Below, piece after piece: positions 19,369 through 28,960 of a stretch of 64,000 nucleotides of DNA. The position numbers and the translations under genes were made by a program. The notes beneath the pieces are model-generated. The model saw nothing but the letters and a program-made list of their open reading frames with translations, made no database searches and had not been told where the DNA came from. This DNA comes from an uncultured Candidatus Binatia bacterium (GTDB taxonomy: Bacteria; Desulfobacterota; Binatia; UBA9968; JAJDTQ01), in NCBI GenBank assembly GCA_965213675.1, contig OZ243916.1:1888001-1952000 (forward strand). Direction: 5' to 3'. Position 1 is the stretch's first letter. Each line of letters begins with the position of its first letter.

Positions 19369-20403
19369 ATGGACAACTCCGGGACTATTTCTTCACCAAT
19401 TGAGGACAATCGCCTCACCGATGCGGGCGGACCGTCAAGGCAGTACGCGTATCGCGAGGCGTTGCGTCCTTGGCTGCTGGGGCGGGTCGCCATCATGATG
19501 ACCGTCTATCTCGGGGCTTACCTGACCCTCTGTCCCGTGGGGGCCCGTGAGGCCCCTTGGGTCCAGCGCTTGGCGTTTACCGGCTTCGGCGCCGCGCTGT
19601 GCGTGTTCATGTGCCACGCCGAGTACGTGGTGACACTCTATCTCACGCGCAGGCGATCCCCGCTGCACGTGGCGCTGGCGGTCGCTGGAGCCGCCCTCCT
19701 GACCACCCCAGCCTCCACCGCCATCATCTATGGCGTGGACACGGTTTCGTTCAGGCAGCTTTCCGAATTCCACCTGACCACGGTTTACGCTTCCGTGTTG
19801 TTCTCGACCCTGTTGTGCAGCGCCATGGTCCACTGCCTGTTGACCCGACGCCTCAAGCGTGTGCCCGTGAAGCCCAACGGCCTGGAGCAAATCGAGACGG
19901 CGACTGCGGAGGCCGCGGGAGATTCGGAAGCCGCGGCAGAGGCGAAGGTCCAGGAAACGGCGGCGGGATCGTTGGATGACTCCCCGGCCCGCGGCGCCCT
20001 CGAAACCGAACGGACTAAGCCCCAACCCGCACCGGCGCACTCCGCCACCGCCCCTGCCGGCGCCGCATCGGCCCTGGCTGATCGCTTGCCCGCCGAGATC
20101 GGCCAGGACGTCATCCACCTCACGATGAACGACCACTACGTGACCGTCGTCACCACCTCGGGTCGCTGCGAGCTTCTCATGCGTTTCACGGACGCCGTCG
20201 AAGAGCTCGGGAGCCGGGGCATGCGCGTGCATCGTTCGCACTGGATCGCCTTTGACCACGTGGAGGGCTGGGGCAAACGCGATCAGCGCCCCGTCCTGCG
20301 CCTCACCGGCGGCCACACGATCCCGGTAAGCCGAAGCTACCTCGCCCAAGCCCGCGCCGCGGTGGCCGCACACCAGATCTCGAGTGCGGACGACAAGTGC
20401 TAG
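19369..20403 (+). CDS. Membrane-anchored LytTR-family transcriptional regulator
   Basis: About four N-terminal hydrophobic helices, Ala-rich linker, C-terminal LytTR (DHYVTV...GMRVHRSHWIA...IPVSRSY). Confidence 0.85.
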   Translation: MDNSGTISSPIEDNRLTDAGGPSRQYAYREALRPWLLGRVAIMMTVYLGAYLTLCPVGAREAPWVQRLAFTGFGAALCVFMCHAEYVVTLYLTRRRSPLHVALAVAGAALLTTPASTAIIYGVDTVSFRQLSEFHLTTVYASVLFSTLLCSAMVHCLLTRRLKRVPVKPNGLEQIETATAEAAGDSEAAAEAKVQETAAGSLDDSPARGALETERTKPQPAPAHSATAPAGAASALADRLPAEIGQDVIHLTMNDHYVTVVTTSGRCELLMRFTDAVEELGSRGMRVHRSHWIAFDHVEGWGKRDQRPVLRLTGGHTIPVSRSYLAQARAAVAAHQISSADDKC

Positions 20404-20680
20404 TGTGGTGTCTGCGCCACGTGGGCGAACGCCGGTCGGCCCTGCCAGTTTCTGTTGGTGCTTGGCGCAGCGGTTTCTGTTCGTGCTTGACCGTGACGCC
20501 AGCCCGGCTCCGCGCGCTTGACAGACTTCGTTACCGCCGACTATCTATATCAGGCTGTATCAAGCCTTGAACGACGCTCGGGAAACCCCGCGACTCGACG
20601 GATCATGGAACGGTCCCGCGGTGCCGCCCCGGCTGCTGCCAAGTCATCTTACCATCAGTGACCGCAAGGAGGTTTTGCGC

Positions 20681-21670
20681 ATGGCGACCCAATTGAAGTT
20701 CGGACTGCTGTTGCCCCATTTCGGAGATCAAGGATCTGTGGAGAAGTGCATCGAGGGATCGAAACTGGCCGAGTCGCTGGGTTTCGACTCCGTCTGGGTC
20801 CGCGACCACCTGGTCTTCGAGCCCCACGGCATGGAGGGCACGGACAACACGCACATCGAGTGCGTCGCCATCCTGTCGGCGATCTCGTCGGTGTGCAAGA
20901 AACTCACCCTGGGCACGGGCACGATGATCTCGCACAGACATCCGATTCACCTGGCCCAGTGCATGGCGGCCCTGAGCGTCCTGTCTGAAGGCAAGGTCAT
21001 CATGGGCATCGGCGCGGGTACGTTCCAGCACGAATTTGCCGCGGCCGGGCTGAAGAACACTCGGGAGGACCGTTTCAACCTCGCCAAGGTCAACTCCAAC
21101 CTCGTGCGGCGCCTGTGGAGCGGTGAGACGGTCGACTATGAGGACGACTACTTCTCCTTCAAGGATGTCCAACTCAAGCCCACGCCCTTGGCGCCCATTC
21201 CCATCTGGTATGGCGGCGGTACCCCGGCATCGTGCCGGCGCGCGGTGGACTACTGCGACGGCTGGATGCCCGGACGCATCCCGCTGCGCACTTTCCACAA
21301 GTGCATCAAGTACCTGCACGACCTGTGCGACAAGGCCGGCAAGCCCATGGTCACCACCGGCGCCATCCCCATCACCAGCATCGCCAGGGACAAGGACACC
21401 GCCGTGAGCAAGGTCAACGCGCCAGGTCTCATCAACGAGGGCAACAAGAAGCCGACCTGGGTGAAGCCCGAGTCCGGCACCTTCTCGAAGCTCGAAGACA
21501 TCGAGGGACTCTTGCTGGCGGGCACACCGGAAGACATCGTCCGGGACACCCAGCGCTACGAAGAGGGCGGCCTCAACCACATCGTCTATGACCTCCGGTT
21601 CCGTTACGCGGACTGGTACGAGCAAATCGAACTGCTGGGCAAAGAAGTCCTGCCGGCGGTGCGCGCCTAG
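20681..21670 (+). CDS. LLM-class flavin-dependent oxidoreductase
   Basis: AESLGFDSVWVRDH, PIPIWYGG, DGWMP; AAGGAGG RBS. Confidence 0.92.
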   Translation: MATQLKFGLLLPHFGDQGSVEKCIEGSKLAESLGFDSVWVRDHLVFEPHGMEGTDNTHIECVAILSAISSVCKKLTLGTGTMISHRHPIHLAQCMAALSVLSEGKVIMGIGAGTFQHEFAAAGLKNTREDRFNLAKVNSNLVRRLWSGETVDYEDDYFSFKDVQLKPTPLAPIPIWYGGGTPASCRRAVDYCDGWMPGRIPLRTFHKCIKYLHDLCDKAGKPMVTTGAIPITSIARDKDTAVSKVNAPGLINEGNKKPTWVKPESGTFSKLEDIEGLLLAGTPEDIVRDTQRYEEGGLNHIVYDLRFRYADWYEQIELLGKEVLPAVRA

Positions 21671-21763
21671 GAGCCTGCGGCGCGGGCGGGTTGGAACACC
21701 GCCCACGCAAGCGCCACCCTGCGCAATAGGGTGGCCGGAGGCCGGGCAACAACACCGGCGGCA

Positions 21764-21824
21764 AGTGTCGTGTCCCGTAGATTCCTGCGCAACTTGTCGC
21801 GGGAACTCGCAGCACGCGACACGG
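21764..21824. mobile_element. Degenerate short MITE family 1 copy
   Basis: agtgtcgtgtcccgtagattcctgcg...cacgcgacac. Confidence 0.65.
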
Positions 21825-21856
21825 TCTTCTTGGGACTGGTTTTGGGGGAGAGCCAC

Positions 21857-22771
21857 ATGCGAACAGAGGACATCACTTTCTTCAGCGAAGGCTACAAGGT
21901 CCACGGCACCATCTACCTGCCGGACGACGATCAGGGACAGCCCTGGCCGGGCATCGTCCAAGGCCCCGGGTTCCTGGGCCTCAAGGACGCCAAGCACTAC
22001 ATCCTGATGTTCGAGCGGTTGTGCGCGGCGGGTTACGCGTGCCTGTGCTTCGACTATCGTGGCTGGGGGCAGAGCGAAGGTCCGCAGAAGGGCTGGGTCA
22101 TGCCCACCTGGCAAGCGGAGGACATCCGCAATGCCATTACCTACATGGAGACCCGCGACGACGTGGACTCCGACCGCATCGCCACCTACGGTTCGGGCGG
22201 CACCGGCGGCGGCAACGCCGTTCTGGTGGGCGCCACCGACAGCCGGGTCAAATGCGTGGTCTGCTACCTCGGCGTGTGCAGCGGCCGCGACTGGCTTCAT
22301 TCCATGCGCCGGGAATACGAGTGGATCGACTACCTCAAGCGCATCGAGGAGGATCGCCGGGTGCGGGTGCGCAACGGCGCCGGCGAACTGGTGGCGGCGC
22401 GCGAGGAGATCATGGTCCAGACCCCGGAGCGCAAGACCACCAACATCAAGAAGGAAGTCGCGTCCAAGATTCCCAACCAGATGCCGCTCCAGTGCGCCGA
22501 TGCCATCCTGGACTACTGCCCGGAGGACGTCGTGCACAAGATCTCGCCGCGGGGCGTGCTGTTCATCGCCGTGGAGAACGACGCCACCACGCCCGAAGAA
22601 CATTCCATCCGCATGTACGAGAAAGCGGGCGAGCCCAAAAAGCTCGTCATGCTGAAAAAGACTACCCACTACGGCGTCTACAACGACTATTTCGACCAGA
22701 TCGCCGGCGAGGTGGTGGACTGGTACAACCGCCACTTGAAATACGACCGCATCGGCATTACCGAGCCCTAG
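21857..22771 (+). CDS. Alpha/beta-fold hydrolase with atypical nucleophile elbow
   Basis: FDYRGWGQSEG, VDSDRIATYGSGGTGGG, ENDATTP, THY. Confidence 0.85.
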   Translation: MRTEDITFFSEGYKVHGTIYLPDDDQGQPWPGIVQGPGFLGLKDAKHYILMFERLCAAGYACLCFDYRGWGQSEGPQKGWVMPTWQAEDIRNAITYMETRDDVDSDRIATYGSGGTGGGNAVLVGATDSRVKCVVCYLGVCSGRDWLHSMRREYEWIDYLKRIEEDRRVRVRNGAGELVAAREEIMVQTPERKTTNIKKEVASKIPNQMPLQCADAILDYCPEDVVHKISPRGVLFIAVENDATTPEEHSIRMYEKAGEPKKLVMLKKTTHYGVYNDYFDQIAGEVVDWYNRHLKYDRIGITEP

Positions 22772-22795
22772 CGTCGCGGGCATGGAAGAGCGTTC

Positions 22796-22843
22796 CATTC
22801 CCGCGAAAGCTTGCCCTCGACCCCGATCGGGGGCGGGAATCCA
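22796..22843. repeat. Composite REP palindrome with 24-bp internal insert
   Basis: cattcccgcgaaagc[ttgccctcgaccccgatcgggggc]gggaatcca; near-identical inverted copy at 58711-58761. Confidence 0.85.
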
Positions 22844-22895
22844 GGCGGGGTGGGGCAGAGAATCACACCCGCTTGAGCGTGAATGACGGAGGCGG

Positions 22896-23061
22896 CCAGT
22901 GTCGCGTCCCGCAAATACCTGCGATAAGTTGCGCAGGATTTTTTGCTGTCGGCAAGGCGCGATGACGAGCAGTGGCGGACACCACGCGAGGAAGAGCAAC
23001 GCAGCCGACGGCAACAAAAGACCAGCAAATTATCGCAGGTATTTGCGGGACGCGACACTAG
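22896..23061. mobile_element. MITE family 1, full-length copy
   Basis: Perfect 28-bp TIR tgtcgcgtcccgcaaatacctgcgataa; ccag/ctag flanks; interior shared with the 42981 copy. Confidence 0.9.
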
Positions 23062-23100
23062 GGAACAGCATCACGGTCACGTTGGTTTGAGGAGCTAACC

Positions 23101-24123
23101 ATGGGTAAATTCGAATTCGGCATCCGGGTGCCCAACTCGGGGCCGCTCTCCAGCAAGGAGAACATCGTCAAGGCCGCGCAGAACTCGGAGGAGTTGGGCT
23201 TCGACACCATCTGGCTCCACGACCACGTGGTGTGGAGCTCGGAGATGCACCGGCACCACATCTCGTCCGGGGCCGCAGAGGCCCTCACGGACGCCCAGGA
23301 GGCCAACTTCTTCGAATGCATGACCACCATGTCCTACTTGGCGGCCAAGACGAAGAACATCCAGATCGGCGTGGCCTGTCTGGTAATGCCCCTGCGCAAC
23401 CCCATCTACGCGGCCAAGCAGTGCGCCACCCTGGACCACCTGTGCGACGGGAGGCTCCTGGTGGGCGTCGGCTTGGGTTCCAAGGCCACCCGCGACTCCA
23501 GCGAGTTCGATGTGTTCGAGGTGCCCATCAAGGGGCGGGGCAACCGCACCGACGAGTACATCGAAGCCATGAAGGCGATCTGGACCCAACCCATGGCCTC
23601 GTACGAGGGCAAGTACCTCAAGTTCGAGAACGCCGAGATCCATCCCAAGCCGCTCCAGAAGCCGTTTCCGCCGGTGTGGGTGGGCGGCTGGATGGATCAG
23701 GCCGCGGTGCGGGCCGGGCGCTACGGTGAGGGCTGGATCCCTGGATGGTTGTCGCCCAAAGAGATGGCGCGAGGCTGCGACATTCTCAACAAGGCGGCCG
23801 AGGACGCCGGCCGGGACCCTGCGGGGATCAAGATCGCGGTGGAGAAACTGGCCTGCATCGCGCGCACCCGGGACGAGGCCATGACCTTGGCCCTGCCCAC
23901 CATCCGCGAAAGCTCCCACACCTACGAGCGCGATGTGGACAACATTCAGTTCGCCCTGGACCGGCACATCATCGGTTCGGTGGACGATGTGCGCCGGCGT
24001 ATCGACGAGTTCATCGAGGCCGGCGTGCAGCACTTCGAGTTGAAGCTCATCTACCCGGACATGGATACCATGTACAAGGAAATGCTGCTCTGGTCCGAGG
24101 AGATCATCCCGCATTATGTCTAG
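23101..24123 (+). CDS. LLM-class flavin-dependent oxidoreductase
   Basis: EELGFDTIWLHDH, TLDHLCDGRL, PKPLQKPFPPVWVGG. Confidence 0.92.
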   Translation: MGKFEFGIRVPNSGPLSSKENIVKAAQNSEELGFDTIWLHDHVVWSSEMHRHHISSGAAEALTDAQEANFFECMTTMSYLAAKTKNIQIGVACLVMPLRNPIYAAKQCATLDHLCDGRLLVGVGLGSKATRDSSEFDVFEVPIKGRGNRTDEYIEAMKAIWTQPMASYEGKYLKFENAEIHPKPLQKPFPPVWVGGWMDQAAVRAGRYGEGWIPGWLSPKEMARGCDILNKAAEDAGRDPAGIKIAVEKLACIARTRDEAMTLALPTIRESSHTYERDVDNIQFALDRHIIGSVDDVRRRIDEFIEAGVQHFELKLIYPDMDTMYKEMLLWSEEIIPHYV

Positions 24124-24616
24124 GAACAGATCCGCCCTGGTGGAGTTGCGGTTCGAACTCAACGGCAAGGACGTGGCCGTGGAGTGCGAGCCGCAGCAGA
24201 CCCTTTCGGAGGTGTTGCGGAACCGCCTGAATCTCACCGGCGCCAAGATCTCGTGCGAGGTGCAGGTGTGCGGCGCCTGCACGGTGCTGGTGGACGGCCT
24301 GCCGGTGAGCTCCTGCACCTACCTGGCTTACGAGGCCCAAGGGCGTGCCGTCACCACCATCGAGGGGCTCGAGGACCGTGACCGCACGCTGCATCCCATC
24401 CAGCAGTGCTTCATCGACGAGTTCGCGTTCCAATGCGGCTTTTGCACGCCGGGCATGATCCTGTCCGCCAAGGCGCTGCTGGACGACAACCCCGATCCCA
24501 CCGACGACGAGATCATTCACCACATGGACGGCAACCTCTGCCGCTGCACCGGATACGTGCCCATCGTGAAGGCCATCCGCAAGGCGGCGGCGGTGATGAA
24601 GGAGGCGCGCGGATGA
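24116..24616 (+). CDS. XDH-family [2Fe-2S] small subunit (CoxS/CutS-like)
   Basis: CEVQVCGACTV, QCGFCTPG, NLCRCTGY. Confidence 0.95.
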   Translation: MSRNRSALVELRFELNGKDVAVECEPQQTLSEVLRNRLNLTGAKISCEVQVCGACTVLVDGLPVSSCTYLAYEAQGRAVTTIEGLEDRDRTLHPIQQCFIDEFAFQCGFCTPGMILSAKALLDDNPDPTDDEIIHHMDGNLCRCTGYVPIVKAIRKAAAVMKEARG

Positions 24617-26913
24617 GCGAGGACAATAGCCGCGACTTCAAAGTGGTCAACCACTCGGTGCCGCGCCGGGACGGCCGCGCCAAGGTATCGGGCCGGGCGC
24701 TCTACGTGAGCGACGTCAAACTCGCGGGCATGGCCTACGCCAAGGTGCTGCGGAGCCCCTACGCCCACGCGACCATCGTCTCCATGGACACATCCCGGGC
24801 CGAGGCCCATCCCGGCGTGTACAACGTGCTGCGGGGCGACGATTTGGAGGGGCTGAATCCCTATTTCGGACACGCCGTCAAGGACCACCCCCTGGTGGCC
24901 ATCGACAAGGTGCGCTACGCGGGCGAACCCGTAGCCGCGGTCATCGCCGAAGACGAACTCACCGCCTACGAGGCGCTGGAATTGATCCACGTCGAGTACG
25001 AGGAGTTGCCGGCGGTGATGGAGCCCCAGGAATCGCTGGCGCCGGAGGCGCCGCTGCTCCACCAGCGCCAGTTCGAAGCCGGGGCGCTGCGCGGGTTCGA
25101 AGGAGAGGTCACCGCGGGCCGGGGCAGCAACCTGTGCCAGGAACACCACATCAAGTGGGGGGACGTGGACGAGGCGTTCGCCACGGCCGCGGCCGTGGCG
25201 GAGGGCGAGTACTACTTTCCCATGGCCTATGCCTACGCCATGGAGCCCTACGTGGCCATCGCCGAGGTGGGCGACGACAGCGTCACCATATACTCCTCGG
25301 CACAGCACCCCTTCATGGTGCGCCACGATCTGAAGACCATCTTCGACATGCCGGTGAGCCAGATCCGCCTGATCGTGCCGTTCGTGGGCGGCGGCTACGG
25401 CAGCAAATCCTATACGAAGATCGAGCCGCTGGTTTCGGCGTGCGCATGGAAAGCGCGCCGCCCGGTGAAGCTCCAGCTCAGCGTGGAAGAGGCCATGCTC
25501 ACCACCCGGGGCGACGACGCCCTCACCTGGATGCGCACCGCGGTGGACGCCGACGGCAAGATCATCGCGCGCCAAGCCAAGATCTACATGAACACCGGCG
25601 CCTACGCCGAGAACAGCCCTCTGGTGTGCGAAAAGTCGTCCAACCGCTGCGTCGGACCCTACGCCATCCCCAACGTCCAGATCGACAACCACATGGTCTA
25701 CACCAACACGGTGCCGGCCAGCTCCTTCCGGGGCTTCGGCTGCGCCCAGGTGACCATGGCCGGCGAGTCCCAGATCGACGAACTCGCGGCCAAGATCGGT
25801 ATGGACCCCTACGAGTTCCGCATGCACAACGCGGCGCGGCCCAAGCAGGAGTTCTTTCCCGGCATGCGCCCCTTCGACGGCACCCTGACCGAGGACCTCA
25901 AGATCGTCGCCGACAACATCGGCTGGAAGGAACCGCTGCCGAGCGGCCACGGGCGCAGCATCGGCTGCTCTGCCAGCGACGCCGGCGCCTACCCCCTCAC
26001 ATCCACGGCCGTGCGCGTGCACGCCGACGGCTCGGCTTCGCTGATGATCGGCAGCACGGAGCTTGGCCAGGGAAGCCACACGGTTCTGCCGCAGATTGCC
26101 GCTGAGGAATTGGGCATTCCCTTCGACCTGGTGCGGGTGGTGTCCTCCGATACCGCCATCACTCCCTACGACCGTTCCACCGGAGCCAGCCGCACCACCA
26201 CCCTCATGGGCCGGGCGGTGCAGGAGGCCAGCCAGGAGGCCATCGAGCAGATGGTGCGCATGGCCGCGGATGTGCTGGGCGTCCAGGAATCGGAAATCCA
26301 GACCGTTCGCGGCGGCGTCACCTGCGGCGAGGCGCGCCTCACCTGGTCCGAGGTGCTCACGCGCTACTACCGCCTGCCCGACGGGGAGGTCATCGGCCGC
26401 GCCTACATCCGCAAGGACAAGGATTTCGCGCAGTTGCCGGTTTTCTGGGAAGCCGCCTCCACGGGCATCGAGGTGTCCGTGGACGAGGAGACCGGCAAGG
26501 TGACCATGGAGAAGCTCGGCACTTGCGGCGACGTGGGCCTGGCCATCAACCCGGCCCTGGCCGAGGGCCAGGACATCGGCGCCGCCACCACCGGCATGGG
26601 CATCGGCATGTTCGAGGAGCTCGAGTTCGACCGCAACCAGCTCCTCAACGGCAACCTGCTGGAGTACCGCCTGCCGCGGTTCTCCGACATGCCGCGAACC
26701 GTGAAGCTGGAACTGGTGCAGAACCGCGACGGGGTGGGACCCTACGGCGCCAAGGGCGGTGGCGAAGCGTCGCTCAACTCGCTGCCCGCCAACATCGCCA
26801 ACGCCGTCTACAACGCCACCGGCGCGCGCATTCGCCGGGCGCCGCTCACGCCGGAGAAGGTCTGGCGCGCGATCCGCGAAACGCGCGCCAGCCGTGGAGA
26901 CAACCAGAAATGA
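24613..26913 (+). CDS. XDH-family molybdopterin-binding large subunit
   Basis: VGGGYGSK, SSFRGFG, ELGQG, GASRTT, GAKGGGE. Confidence 0.95.
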   Translation: MSEDNSRDFKVVNHSVPRRDGRAKVSGRALYVSDVKLAGMAYAKVLRSPYAHATIVSMDTSRAEAHPGVYNVLRGDDLEGLNPYFGHAVKDHPLVAIDKVRYAGEPVAAVIAEDELTAYEALELIHVEYEELPAVMEPQESLAPEAPLLHQRQFEAGALRGFEGEVTAGRGSNLCQEHHIKWGDVDEAFATAAAVAEGEYYFPMAYAYAMEPYVAIAEVGDDSVTIYSSAQHPFMVRHDLKTIFDMPVSQIRLIVPFVGGGYGSKSYTKIEPLVSACAWKARRPVKLQLSVEEAMLTTRGDDALTWMRTAVDADGKIIARQAKIYMNTGAYAENSPLVCEKSSNRCVGPYAIPNVQIDNHMVYTNTVPASSFRGFGCAQVTMAGESQIDELAAKIGMDPYEFRMHNAARPKQEFFPGMRPFDGTLTEDLKIVADNIGWKEPLPSGHGRSIGCSASDAGAYPLTSTAVRVHADGSASLMIGSTELGQGSHTVLPQIAAEELGIPFDLVRVVSSDTAITPYDRSTGASRTTTLMGRAVQEASQEAIEQMVRMAADVLGVQESEIQTVRGGVTCGEARLTWSEVLTRYYRLPDGEVIGRAYIRKDKDFAQLPVFWEAASTGIEVSVDEETGKVTMEKLGTCGDVGLAINPALAEGQDIGAATTGMGIGMFEELEFDRNQLLNGNLLEYRLPRFSDMPRTVKLELVQNRDGVGPYGAKGGGEASLNSLPANIANAVYNATGARIRRAPLTPEKVWRAIRETRASRGDNQK

Positions 26914-27025
26914 TGCCGGCCGCGCCTGAACGAACCGCGCGCGGTCAACGCAGTTTCGTGCCGCCCGTCCCTGGACACCCGACACGGGATGGTCTCCGTC
27001 ACGCGACCCGTGGAGAGTACCCGTC

Positions 27026-27895
27026 ATGATGCCGCTCAGACGTTTCAACATCCACCGGCCCGCCGACCTGGGCGAGGCCGCGGCCATGCTCGACCACTAC
27101 GGCGACGCCGGCGCCCTGTACGCCGGCGGCACCGAACTGCTGCTGGCCATGCGCCACGACCTGCTGCGCTATGAGCACCTGATCGACATCAAGGCCGTGG
27201 CCGGCCTGGACCGCATCGAGCGCCGGGACGGACATATCCACATCGGCGCCGGCGCCACCCACCGGACCATCGAGCGCTCCACCGTGATCCAGGAATCGCT
27301 GCCCGTGATGGCCGGGATGGCCGCCAACGTCGCCAACGTGCGCGTGCGCGCCAGCGGCACCCTGGGCGGCAACCTCGCTTTCGCCGAACCCCACTCCGAT
27401 CCCGCAACCCTGCTGCTGGCCCTGAATGCCACCGTGCGGGCACAAGGCAAGGGCGGGGAACGCACCGTCGCGATGAACGAGCTTCTGTCCGGCGCCTACG
27501 AAAACTCCCTGGCCCAGGACGAGGTCCTGACCGGCGTGGACGTGCCGCTGCCCGCTCCCACACAGCGCGCCGCCTACCTCAAGTTCCAGGTCCACGAGCG
27601 CCCGCTCCTGGGCTTGGCCCTGGTGCTCGACCTGAACGACGATGGCCGCGAAATTCGCGCCGCCCGCTGCGCCGTCGGCTGCGTGAGCCCCACCCCCTGC
27701 CGCTCCACCGCCGCCGATGACCTCATCGCCGGCGCCACCGAGTCGGCGGAACAGCGGCTACTCGCAGCCGCCGAAGCCCTCGCCGACGAAGCCACCCTGA
27801 CCGACGACCGCGAAGGCAGCGCCGAGTACAAGCGCCACCTCATCAGCGTACTGCTGCGCCGCGCCGCCAAGCAGTGCCTCGACGGCACTCACTAA
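27026..27895 (+). CDS. XDH-family FAD-binding medium subunit (CoxM/CutM-like)
   Basis: YAGGTELL, VRASGTLGGN, GSAEYKRHL. Confidence 0.93.
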   Translation: MMPLRRFNIHRPADLGEAAAMLDHYGDAGALYAGGTELLLAMRHDLLRYEHLIDIKAVAGLDRIERRDGHIHIGAGATHRTIERSTVIQESLPVMAGMAANVANVRVRASGTLGGNLAFAEPHSDPATLLLALNATVRAQGKGGERTVAMNELLSGAYENSLAQDEVLTGVDVPLPAPTQRAAYLKFQVHERPLLGLALVLDLNDDGREIRAARCAVGCVSPTPCRSTAADDLIAGATESAEQRLLAAAEALADEATLTDDREGSAEYKRHLISVLLRRAAKQCLDGTH

Positions 27896-27940
27896 ACGCT
27901 CCACGGGCAGAACCTGGAGTCCGTCAGGCTTGATGAGGCG

Positions 27941-28005
27941 ATGCAAATCCGTTTTCTCGACCCTGCCAAGACGAACTGCTGGAGTCGGCTCAATTCTGGG
28001 AGAGT
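27941..28005 (+). pseudogene. Frameshifted N-terminal relic of a ParE/RelE toxin
   Basis: MQIRFLDPA, then after a frameshift DELLESAQFWES. Confidence 0.45.
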
Positions 28006-28092
28006 CCATACCCTGTCAAACATAGTGGCCCGATTGGCAACGAATCCATGCAACCCTGGATCAAGTCCGGGGTGAGGTTCCATTTTCCGGCC

Positions 28093-28800
28093 ATGCGTTT
28101 TCCTTCTCCCTTGATCTCCGGCGTCCTCGTCGAGCGCTACAAGCGGTTCCTCGCTGATGTTCGTCTTGAGGACGGCACGGTGGTGACAGCGCACTGCACG
28201 AACACGGGCAGCATGATGGGCTGCAACGCGCCGGGCAGCAGGGTCTACCTGTCGGATCAGAGCGGCAGGGGCCGGAAACTGAACTACACCTGGGAGATCA
28301 TCCGGGTGGGCCGGACGCTGGTGGGGATCAACACGCTGGCGGCCAACCGGCTGGCGCGGGAAGGCATTGAGACAGGACGAATCGATGAGTTGCGGGGGTA
28401 TGAGAAGCTTCGTCCCGAGTTCGCCACGCGACCCGGCACGCGCCTCGACTTTCTGCTCGAAGGGCATCCGCAACGGCCGAGCGAAAGGTGCTTCGTCGAG
28501 GTGAAGAATGTCACCCTGGCGGTGGATCGGGTCGCCGCGTTTCCGGATGCCGTGAGCCTGCGTGGCGCCAAACACCTTCAAGAACTCATGCGACTGCGGC
28601 AGGACGGCCACCGCGCCGTGCTGTTGTTCGTGATTCAGCGCGGAGACTGTCGCGCAATCCGCCCCGCGGACGAAATCGATTCCGAGTACGGCCGCGTGCT
28701 GCGCCAATCCGTGAGGACCGGCGTCGAGGTGCTCACCTACCTGGCCAAGGTCACCGAGCGTGCCATTGCTCTCGGCAAGGCCGTGCCCTTGCAGCTCTGA
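28093..28800 (+). CDS. sfsA: DNA/RNA nuclease SfsA
   Basis: RYKRFLADV, AHCTNTGSM, FVEVKNVT, FPDAVSLRGAKHL. Confidence 0.95.
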   Translation: MRFPSPLISGVLVERYKRFLADVRLEDGTVVTAHCTNTGSMMGCNAPGSRVYLSDQSGRGRKLNYTWEIIRVGRTLVGINTLAANRLAREGIETGRIDELRGYEKLRPEFATRPGTRLDFLLEGHPQRPSERCFVEVKNVTLAVDRVAAFPDAVSLRGAKHLQELMRLRQDGHRAVLLFVIQRGDCRAIRPADEIDSEYGRVLRQSVRTGVEVLTYLAKVTERAIALGKAVPLQL

Positions 28801-28960
28801 AACAGGCCGTCCGGCATCGTGATCCGGTTTCTGGCGGTGGCGGGTAACGCCACTTCCAACCCTACCGCCGACAACCTGCGGCCCAAGGCGAGCAGGTCGT
28901 GCCCTGCAAAAGCGCACACGGTCGTGCCCCATTTTCTCGGTGCGCTACGCCCACCGGTGC

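Noticed and set aside
24613-26913. Aerobic CO dehydrogenase CoxL
   Set aside because: Active-site loop is SSFRGFG, not AYxCSFR or AYxGAGR; no cox accessory genes.
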